A program made the position numbers and the translations under genes. Below the pieces are notes generated by a model. That model saw only the letters and a program-made list of their open reading frames with translations. It was not told where the DNA came from and searched no databases. This document shows, piece after piece, positions 52,401 to 64,000 of a DNA stretch of 64,000 nucleotides. The stretch comes from Neocallimastix sp. 'constans'. Its lineage: Eukaryota. Positions within the stretch are counted from its first letter, which is position 1. Every line of letters begins with the position of its first letter. Location: contig JBODTK010000155.1 in assembly GCA_050613775.1 (NCBI GenBank), forward strand, positions 248,001 through 312,000. Reading direction: 5' to 3'.

Positions 52401-53135
52401 GCTGATGAAAATGAAAAAAAAGATAATGATAATAATAATAAAGTGGATGATTTATTAAATAAGATTAAAAAAGAGAATGAAAAAATTGATGAAACAACCA
52501 ATTCTACTAAAGATGATAATTTTAATTCTGAGTTTAATGACCAACCATTAACAAATATAAATGAATCATATATATCTGATAAACAAGATAATAATGAAAA
52601 TACAGAGGATAAAAAAGAAGGATTACTAGATACTGACAGTACATTTGAAGCTTTGGATTGGAAGAACTTTAAATTTGGAAATATTTCAATTGATGACTTC
52701 TTTAAATCTGATTATTTCTTATTCAAAAATCTAGATAGTGACAACGAAAAAAATCCATTCTCTAATTTGGAGAGTATTGATGAAAAATCTAATAGCAGTT
52801 TTAAAGAAGACACATCTGTTACGAATGATACTATCAGTAACTTAAATGATAATTCACAATTAATATCTATTGCCAAAAGTAAAAATGAAGAGGCGTTAAA
52901 TCTTTCAGTGAATATGGAAATGGATGATTCCAATCTTACACTCTTCAAATCTAAAGAAAGTGTAACCTCATCTCAGTATAACTCAAACAATTCAATTAAC
53001 AAGGACAATATAAAAAATAAGGAAAATAATATCAAATATAAAGATAATAATGAAACTAATAATAATACATCATTAGATTTATCTCAATTAGACAATTTTA
53101 CTAAGCAAACAATGGAATTATTAGAAAATCTATAA
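46081..53135 (+). CDS. Diaphanous-related formin (GBD/FH3, FH1, FH2, DAD-like tail), about 20 exons
   Basis: SLRV..WVHEFVNNGGL (GBD), RIHIRNQ (FH3), poly-Pro at ~49607-49657 (FH1), MKFFEWEKI, ILTIGNFMN..KGGAYGFKISSINKL, TLLNY, EDFFGIFKTF (FH2), MIDMVLETLK (DAD-like). Confidence 0.92.
51583..51733 (+). other. U12-type (minor spliceosome) AT-AC intron in the formin gene
   Basis: 5' site ATATCCTTT, branch site TCTTTAAC (51715-51722), 3' AC (51732-51733); removal joins FTIKMK|SFYETAN in frame. Confidence 0.9.
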
Positions 53136-53634
53136 TGGTTACTTAATAAATCTATGATATGTATTTTCATTATTTTTATTTGAATTTTATAATTTATTTT
53201 ATTCTTTATTATATTGTATACTAATGTTTCGTTCTTTTACTATTTTATTTTTATTATTAATTTAATAATTCCTACTTATTTGGTTATATATTTTTATATA
53301 TGAAAATATATTTATATATTTTCTAATAATATATTTAACTTATTTATTATAATTATAGCAAATATTTATTATTTAAAAAAAAATTTACTATAACCGAATC
53401 AATATGTATTATATCTTTTTATAATAAATTCAATTTGTAATTAAAATTAAAAATTATAATATACTATTTAATTAAAAAATATTTATCATGTAAAATTTAA
53501 AAAATAAATTTTATATTATTTAAAAAATTTCTAATATTAAAAGACAATTTATCATTGTTATTATTATTGTTATTATTATTATTGTTATTATTATTAGTAT
53601 TATTTTATTAGTATTATTATTATTATTATTATTA

Positions 53635-53681
<47 letters not shown>

Positions 53682-53863
53682 ACTATAATTAGTTTATTCA
53701 TATATTTATATAATTAATTATTTATTTATAATATAATTTTATTATTTACTAAATAAATATTATTTTTAAGTATTTATATAAAAATTTTTTATGTAAATTA
53801 CTATTTTATATATATAACAGAAAAATACATATAAAAAAAATAAAAAAAATACACAAATTTAAT

Positions 53864-55479
<1,616 letters not shown>

Positions 55480-55546
55480 TTTTTATCTCTATTTAAAATA
55501 AAATAAAAAAAAAAAAAAAAAAATTGATTTGTAAAAAATTATAAGC

Positions 55547-57030
55547 TGTTAAGAGTCATGAAATTTGATAATTATATCAACCTTATTAATATGTTTTATG
55601 ATAAAGAGTTATAAAGAATAATAATTTTTAAATTACATGTTTTTATATTTTTTTAATGTGGCTTATCTATTAATTTACATACAATATGTTTCAATGCATT
55701 TGAGGTTTATTTCTCATTATTTCACATATTCTAACATTCTCTCTTAAACCAAACTATTTCACTATGAATATTATTTGGTTTGTTTGTTAGGTGAATATGT
55801 GTAAATTATATTATTACTAAATTTATATATTATATGAATTTTATTTATATCATAAGAATATTTCTTAATATATTCTTTATTAATTGTATATTTATATTTA
55901 TATACTTAGTATATTTGCTTGATTTTATTTTAAACTATATTATCTTGTATTTGATATTTGATATTTGATGTTTTGTGAATTAACGAATAAACCATTATTA
56001 ATATATAATTTTTATACAAGTTTTAATTAATTTTGATTGAATATTTGTTAAGTTTTACAATAATCATTTATTATATATTGCTAACTTTCTTTGGTTTCTG
56101 TCATTTTAAATTATATTAGTTTAACTTGAATTATTTGTTAAGGTTAATAAAATTGCTCTTAATATTCAAAAGATATTAATTTAAAAATAGCTTTTAATAT
56201 TCAATAGATATTAATTTAAACTTTATCAAATAATACATAAGTCTTTTAAGTATAATAATTTATATATGCGTAAGTGTCTATTCAGAGTCTTTTAGGCTTT
56301 AGATTTAATAAAAATTTTTAAAATGTATTGCATAATGTATTTTATACGTGTTAATTTAGTTTAATTAATAACTAATGTTTTTTTTAATTATTATAGTAAG
56401 TTAATATATAAATATATTTCACGCTAGTTTCACACTAGCTTGGAATTACCATTTATTTATATTATATTTCCCTTAAGATAATGGGGATATTAACTTAATT
56501 GTTATTTATTAATTTAGTATAGTATTTATGACATATAGTCTCCTTATTAATAATACTGTTATAATTTAAGCATTTAATACGTGTAATTATGAGTTTTAAA
56601 TATTATATATTTTTTTTTCTTATTTGCCTTGGTTGAGCAATAAGTTTTACTTGAGATATTAAAATCTAAAGCCGTGTTTTTATTTTCGGAGGGTAGAATT
56701 GGTTTTATAATAAAAATTTCTTTTGGGTTATCATTAGATTAGTTTCAAGCCAACATTATATTCTTTAAAGATTCATTTACTTTTCCTAGTAGTTGACGTA
56801 ATGGCAACTTTTACCATAACAATTATTTTATTTTTTTTAAGGTATCCTTTTAATAGTCCATGAGACTCTTAATGTTTAAAAATTATATCAACTTAATTAT
56901 TATGTTTTATGATAAGTTAAAATATTTCAAATTACATGTTGTTACACCTATACAATATGGCTTATATATTAATTTACATACATTATGTTTCAATTTGAAA
57001 TTATTTCTTATTATTTCACATATTCTAAAG
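55547..57030 (-). mobile_element. Decayed non-autonomous LTR element (copia-like)
   Basis: Diverged direct repeats 55547-55736 (TGTTA...TAACA) and ~56873-57030; minus-strand PPT at 55737-55748; no ORF. Confidence 0.6.
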
Positions 57031-57080
57031 TAAACTTTATTTAAACTTGACAATCAAACTCAAAAAATCATATAATATAT

Positions 57081-58714
57081 TGTTAAAATACAAATTAACT
57101 ATTATTATATATTTAATATTATATAAATTATTGTTGCACATATTTATTATAGTGTGTATAATATGGCTTGACCCACAATACACGTTATTACATGATATAC
57201 ACTAAATCCTGTATCAAATTATGTACTATTCATGTATTTTATAATTATTTTAATAATAAATTGAAAACAAGACAATTTCATTTCAAAACAAAAGATTAAG
57301 AGTCTCATTAAGACTCATATAAAAAAGTATTTTATTGTCCTTCTTATTAAGAATTTAAATTGTAAAATTTATTTTATTATCAAAGAATCTGAAAAATTTT
57401 ATTTTACTTTTGTATATTCTACCAGGATGTCTAGATATAGTCCAACTTTCACCTGGATAACACTTATCATGAAATATAAAAAGGATTTTAAAACTTAGAA
57501 CAGAAAACTACATCTATTATTATCTATAGATCTTTTAAATAATTTTATTTTTGAAGAGAACATAGCTAAAGTATCTACAAAAGGGATAAAGAAAGAAATT
57601 ATAAATAAATATAAAATTATTCCTACTATATTCAATATGGTACACGCACCTAGTGTAATCGAAGAGATGCTTGACTCATATAATCAAGCAAAATCTCTAA
57701 TAGTAAATAGTAATGGTAACAATTTCAAAAAAAATTAAATGTAATTATAGTACCGCTTTTGAAATTTATAATATAATTTCAAAAACTTACGATACACAAC
57801 CCAAAATTTAAAGACACTGGGAAAATGTAAAGCGAATATTAAAATATTTAAAAGATAATTCTATTTATGTTATAAGTATTCTTATATAATTAGGTACATG
57901 TTCTACTAGAAGATTTTCTAAATTTTAAAATTGTATATCTTTATCAACATTCCAAAATAAGTAAGGTGCTATTATTAAATATGATAAGGAGGTTTTATAG
58001 TATAATAATATATTTAATAAATTAAATATAAATAGATAATTTAGTAATTAATGTTGATAATCAAGGCATATTAATTTCTGGTATCACAAAATAAAAGAAC
58101 TATTGAAAACAAAAATAATTAATTCGAAATATGTAAATTCACATTTAAATTTAGTAGATGGTTTTATCAAATGTTTAAGTGAGCCACCAATGACTAAATT
58201 TAGATATAATATTCTTTCAAAAATTTAAATAATTAAATCTTAGATAAACATCAAAATGCAAACTTTAGGAGGAATGCTAAAATACAAAGTTTAATTTTTG
58301 TTATTTAATTATATATATATATATATATATAGATTTAATATTTTATATTATTTAAAATATAATTACAAATAGTTATATAATTTTACTGTTTTGTTTATTT
58401 CTAAAGTTTAATAAGTCTAATATTACATAAATTAATAAATATATATAATATAATAAATAAATATAATGTATGTAAATGTATAATAAATAACTTCAGAAGT
58501 CTTATATCTTTAATATTTATTTTTAATAAAATAATATGACACTTACAACAGTTATTGATGTATATTTATAGTTATTTATAGTTATGGTGTATAACGTGGT
58601 TTGATAAAAAATAAGCAATATATGGTAAATCCTGTATCATATTTTGTACTATAATTATTTGTATAATAAATTAAAAACAAGACTTAATGAAGTAACAAAT
58701 TTAATTTCAAAACA
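57081..58714 (+). mobile_element. Decayed Ty1/copia element
   Basis: Diverged LTRs 57081-57290 and 58275-58714, PPT AGGAGGAA (58267-58274), copia RNase H tail remnant LVDGFIKCLSEPPMTKFR (~58150-58225). Confidence 0.65.
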
Positions 58715-59150
58715 TAATTTATTATATAATTAATTAATTAATTATTTATTTATTTATTTATTTGTTTATTATATAATTTTGTTAATTTTAGAATTAAAAA
58801 ATATATCTTTTCTTCCTATATAAATTATTCATTAGCTTTTACATTTTTTATTTTTATAATTAGAAATGTTTATGTTAAGTATTTTCTATATAATTAATAT
58901 ATATATGAATATATATAAAGTGAAAAATTTTATAAAATTTTTTCAAATAAAACTATTATTAAGGAAGTAGAGTAAATAATGCTTAGTTAATTTGTGGTTT
59001 GTTTCATTATTATTAATTTTAACTCTTCGCTTTTTTCTTTAATACTAAATTAAATATATATATATATTTGAAAAATTAAATAAATTATATGATAAATGTT
59101 CTTTTTTAATAAAAAAAAACATATAATTAATTACAAAAATATTTATATAT

Positions 59151-59896
59151 TTATTGAGTTTGATCTTGTAGAGAATCACTAATATTTTGCAAAATTTCAG
59201 TTTTTATATTTTCTGGTACAAGACTTGTTGCTTTAGGTGTTAACTCTTTCATCAAATCTTCAATTTTAACATACTCAACGCCTCTTGTTTGTATAATGTC
59301 TTATAAAAAAATTAATAAAAAAAATAATTAATAAATTTATAGAATAATATATATAATATTAAATTATTAATATTGAATAGAATTCAAAATTTAACAAAAT
59401 ATAAAATTTATTAATACCTTTACACATTTTTTTAACTTCTTCTTTCCAACCACATTCATTCAATTTTGTTCTTGTTAAATTTATTAATCTAATTTATTTA
59501 TTTATATACATAATGAAAATTAGATTTCACTTCAATTTTAATTGAAATTTCATTTATTATTATATTAATTAAATTTATTTTATTTTAAAAAGAAATAATA
59601 ATAATAATAAAAGAATTAATTCAAAATTTAAAGATATATAATTAAAATAAATAAAAAATAAATAAATAAATAGTAACTTAATTTGCATTATTATGAAATT
59701 TTTTAAAATATCCTACCGTTGCTTTTCACCTTAATTAATAAATATTATTATAATAAAACCATATTAATATTATACTTTTAAATCATTTTTTTCTATTTAT
59801 AAATTAAACTTATATATATTTACCACTATCAACTAATCTCTGATTTATTACAGTTCTCATTTCTTCATTTGTCATATCTTCCACTATATCCTCCAT
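59151..59896 (-). CDS. SUS1: SAGA/TREX-2 subunit Sus1/ENY2, 101 aa, exons 59896-59824, 59729-59717, 59488-59418, 59299-59151
   Basis: Spliced: ...INQRLVDSGEKQRLINLTRTKLNECGWKEEVKKMCKDIIQTRGVEYVKIEDLMKELTPKATSLVPENIKTEILQNI; absent from the ORF track. Confidence 0.92.
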
Positions 59897-60039
59897 TTTA
59901 TAAAAGTATATTATTATTCAAATAAAATAAATTTAATATTATTCAAATAGCTTTATCTTTAATTATGAAAAAATTTTACAAAATATATTAATAACATATA
60001 TATATAATAAATAAAATTATCAATAATTTATTTACTTAT

Positions 60040-60340
60040 ATTTTATTATTATTTATCTATATTATTTATTATTTATTATTTATTTATATTATTTATTATT
60101 TATTATTTATTTATATTATTTATTATTTATTATTTATTATTTATTATTTATTATTTATTATTTATTATTTATTTATATTATTTATTATTTATTATTTATT
60201 ATTTATTATTTATTATTTATTTATATTATTTATTATTTATTATTTATTATTTATTATTTATTATTTATTATTTATTATTAGTATTAATTATTTAGTATTT
60301 ATTACTATTTATTTATTATTATTTATTAATTTTTATTTTA
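60040..60340. repeat. (TTATTTA)n simple repeat
   Basis: 7-bp period AT repeat. Confidence 0.9.
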
Positions 60341-61167
60341 TTTATTTTATTATAATTATTTTATTATTAATGCATTATTAATTCTAAAAAAAATTTATTA
60401 TAATAGCGGAAAAAAAAATTTTTAAAAATTATAAATTATATAAATAAGAATTAGAAACAAATTAAAATAAAAGAAAAATAAAACAAATTAAATTTGATGA
60501 TTTCCATTATTATTTAATATTTTTTATATAATTATATTATTTCTGTGTTTTAATAAATTTACATTATATAATTTTTCATGTTTTTTTTTTATATATTTAA
60601 AATATTTAAATAACAATTATATTAAGCACATTTTTATAACAATAAAAACAATTCAGATCTTAATCTTTTTTTTTTTTTTATTATTACTATTTCTTTTATT
60701 TCTATTTAATAATACATTGATTGATTGAATAATATATAATGAATATGATTTTTATATATGATTTTAATAAAACAAATTACCTAAACTTTAATTATTATGT
60801 TTATTATTTTTAAATCGATATTTTTATTTATATATTAGTAATATATTAGTAATATATTTTAATCAATTGATGTAATTTAAAAATTTATTTACAAGAATGT
60901 GATAAGCCAATCATTTAGTTTATTTTTTTTTTTTTTTTTTTTTAAAAAATCTTTATCTATTCATTAATAAAAAAAATGTATAAAAGGAATTTGAAAAAGT
61001 TGTTTTTTTTTTTTTCTTTTTTTTTCTGGTCAAGTTCGATCCATTAATTAATATACTAAATAAAGTTATTGAATTTATAAAACATTTTATTATAAATATT
61101 TATTTCGTTTTTTATTTGTTTTCTATTTTATATATTTCTTGAAAATTTTGTTGAAGTTAATATATTT

Positions 61168-62727
61168 ATGAATAAAATGAGTCAATCAATGAAGGATTTA
61201 ATTAAGACTGTTGATGTCGAAGATGGTTTAACCGCTGAAGAGTTATTTGATAGAAAATCTTCTGTTGGTATGACCTATAATGATTTCCTTATTTTACCAG
61301 GTTATATTGATTTTCCAGCTGATGCTGCTAATTGTGAAGTTCAAATTACAAAAAATTACAAAATTAAAAATCCATTTGTTTCAAGTCCCATGGATACTGT
61401 TACTGAAACCGATATGGCTATTAGTATGGCTTTAATGGGTGGATTAGGTGTAATTCATCATAATTGTACTATAAAACAACAAGCAAGTATGGTCAGAAAG
61501 GTTAAAAGTTTTGAAAATGGTTTTATTTTAGATCCAATTTGTTTATGTCCAGATAATACTGTTGAAGATGTATATGACATTAAAGAGAAATATGGTTTCT
61601 GTGGTATTCCAATTACAGAAGACGGTAAAATGAAATCAAAGTTATTGGGTATTGTTACTTTACGTGATATTGATTTCCTTCAAGGTGATGATCGCAAAAA
61701 GAAATTAAGAGATGTTATGATAACTGATCTTGTCACAGCAAAAGATGGAATTTCTTTACCTGAAGCTAATGAAATTTTAAGAAAATCCAAGAAGGGAAAG
61801 TTATTAATTGTTGACAGTGAATTCCGTCTTGTTTCATTGCTTTCACGTTCTGATCTTATCAAAACACGTGATTTTCCAAATGCCTCTATTGTTCCAGGTA
61901 CTAACCAATTATTATGTGCTGCTGCTGTTAGTACTCATCCAGACGACAAAAAGAGAATTGATGCTTTAGCTGAAGCTGGTTTAGATATTGTTGTTATTGA
62001 TAGTAGTCAAGGTAATTCTTCATTCCAAATTGATTTAATTAAGTACATTAAAAAAACATACCCAAAGATTGATATTATTGGTGGTAATGTTGTTACTAAA
62101 GAACAAGCTCGTAATCTTATTGAAGCTGGTGTTGACGGTCTTAGAATTGGTATGGGTAGTGGAAGTATTTGTATTACTCAGGAAGTAATGGCTTGTGGAA
62201 GACCACAAGGTACTGCTGTCTATCGTGTCTGTCAATTAGCTCGTGAATTTGGTATCCCATGCATTGCTGATGGTGGTATTCAAAATGTTGGACATATAGT
62301 AAAAGCTCTTGCTCTAGGTGCAAGTGGAGTAATGATGGGTGGACTTTTAGCTGGTACAACAGAAGCCCCAGGGGAATACTTCTATCATGATGGTCATAAA
62401 TTAAAACGTTACAGAGGAATGGGTAGTTTAGATGCTATGGATTCAGGAAAAGCTGCAGCGAAACGTTATTACTCTGAAAATGATACTATAAAAGTTGCTC
62501 AAGGTGTCTCAGGTGCTGTTGTTGATCGTGGTAGTGTTAAAAAGTTCTTAGAGTACTTAGAACTTGGTCTTAAGCATAGTATGCAAGATATTGGAGTTAA
62601 ATCATTACAAGAACTTTGGGAAGGAGTTAAAAATGGTAAGGTTCGTTTTGAAAAGAGAACTAGCAGTGCTCAAATTGAAGGTGGTGTCCATGGTCTTTTC
62701 TCATATGAAAAGAGACTTTATCAATAA
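61168..62727 (+). CDS. IMPDH: Inosine-5'-monophosphate dehydrogenase
   Basis: [12 protein letters not shown] subdomain, DSSQGNS, catalytic [21 protein letters not shown]; eukaryotic-type C-terminus SYEKRLY. Confidence 0.98.
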   Translation: MNKMSQSMKDLIKTVDVEDGLTAEELFDRKSSVGMTYNDFLILPGYIDFPADAANCEVQITKNYKIKNPFVSSPMDTVTETDMAISMALMGGLGVIHHNCTIKQQASMVRKVKSFENGFILDPICLCPDNTVEDVYDIKEKYGFCGIPITEDGKMKSKLLGIVTLRDIDFLQGDDRKKKLRDVMITDLVTAKDGISLPEANEILRKSKKGKLLIVDSEFRLVSLLSRSDLIKTRDFPNASIVPGTNQLLCAAAVSTHPDDKKRIDALAEAGLDIVVIDSSQGNSSFQIDLIKYIKKTYPKIDIIGGNVVTKEQARNLIEAGVDGLRIGMGSGSICITQEVMACGRPQGTAVYRVCQLAREFGIPCIADGGIQNVGHIVKALALGASGVMMGGLLAGTTEAPGEYFYHDGHKLKRYRGMGSLDAMDSGKAAAKRYYSENDTIKVAQGVSGAVVDRGSVKKFLEYLELGLKHSMQDIGVKSLQELWEGVKNGKVRFEKRTSSAQIEGGVHGLFSYEKRLYQ

Positions 62728-63184
62728 GAGGAAAATTAAGAAAAATAAAATAAGAAAACAAAAAATAAAAACTTCATGTCATTAGTTATATATATAAATT
62801 AATAATAACTTATATCAATAATTATTAATATTTAATTATTTAAAAAAATCAAATAATTTGTATTTTATATCATAGATTATAAGAATTATATTTATTTTAT
62901 AGAAAATAATATGTGTTAGAAAACTAAAAAAAAAAATTAAAAAAATTAAAATTAATAAATGAAATATAGAAAAAAAAAATGATTTTTAAAGGATATATAA
63001 AACTGAAATTACAATGTTTATTGTAATATTTATAATTATTAATGATTGTTATAATTTATAGTAATTATTCTGATACTACTATTTTGATAATATTTAATTT
63101 TACTAATAAAACATTTTGTAAATTACGAATTTGTTTTAGATAATAATATATCTAAATATAAATGAAATATAAGTTATGAATATT

Positions 63185-63229
<45 letters not shown>

Positions 63230-63289
63230 TATATATTTATGTATATTTTTTTTAATTAATTATAAATTTTAGAGTATAAAGATTAGTTA

Positions 63290-63660
63290 CTAATATTAAA
63301 ATAATATTAGTAATAGAATTATTAGTAATGTTAGTAATAGTATTGAAAATAATGTGTATATTGATTCTAGTGTGTGTGAAAAAATGTTTAATTTCCTTCT
63401 TGGGGGAAGAAGTATTAATAACAGTACAAGGGAATGGAAGGATATCTTTAAGTGCCTAATGAAATCAGTTGCCTTTCTGACTCTCCATTCTTGATGGTTA
63501 CTGCAGCTCTTCTTTAATCAATTATACCTATTGCTATTAGCCGGCAATGGTCTTTGTTCAATAGGTTCAAGTCGAATTCTACTACTACTACTACTACCAA
63601 TGTCAGCTACCCCAATGATGGAACCTAAGCTGTAGGGTTTCTGAGGGGATCAGCAATTAG
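63290..63660 (+). repeat. Diverged remnant related to the LLGGR repeat family
   Basis: Asn-rich run then FNFLLGGRS...EWKDIF, resembling ORF remnants at 6406 and 34360. Confidence 0.45.
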
Positions 63661-64000
63661 TATAACAATAAAATTTTTTAATTATTTTTTCAATTTATAT
63701 GCAATCTCATTTTTTTTTATTAATCACAACTTTAGTTTTTATATCAATTATTCAATCAAAAAATTTTCTACACTATACTACAAATAATATTGTTTTTGTT
63801 TTATTTTTTCTCTTATATCTTTAAATTTTTCTATACTATTTATATATATTTTTTATAGTTATATATGTTATTTTATATCTCTATCCTTTTACAATATTTT
63901 AACATACAAAAAAAAATAATAATAATAATTATTTTACATTATTTTATTGAATAAATAATTTTTCCATTAATATTGTTTTTTTTTTTTTTTTTTTTTTAAT

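Noticed and set aside
59708..59716. ATATCCTA as a U12 donor near SUS1
   Set aside because: It is on the non-coding strand, the reverse complement of the GTAGGATAT donor
61168..62727. Bacterial HGT origin of the intronless IMPDH
   Set aside because: Sequence features are eukaryotic-type ([25 protein letters not shown]); other intronless native genes occur in the window

Overview
Very AT-rich, intron-containing eukaryotic DNA, most consistent with an anaerobic gut fungus (Neocallimastigomycota). This is inferred from base composition, fungal-type genes and flagellar genes, not proven. Host genes: a 3-exon monomeric beta-thymosin missing from the ORF track (7755-8075, -), dynein light chain roadblock, PAM16, eIF3k, a SPAG17/PF6-like central-pair protein, a multi-exon formin, a conserved fungal protein with an organellar presequence, SUS1/ENY2 and IMPDH. 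Mobile DNA: a young Ty3/gypsy element (12393-19521) is inserted in the 5' LTR of a young chromovirus (12289-25885), alongside foldback/Mutator-like repeats and decayed copia-like elements. Most notable observations: (1) an animal-type beta-thymosin in an apparent fungus, with an intron at the position I recall for vertebrate thymosin beta-4; (2) a U12-type AT-AC intron in the formin FH2 region; (3) SPAG17 apparently starting ATT-Pro-Pro-Lys-Lys with no AUG; (4) a -1 frameshift signal and an atypical LTR end in the gypsy element, and a tRNA-less, possibly self-priming PBS in the chromovirus.
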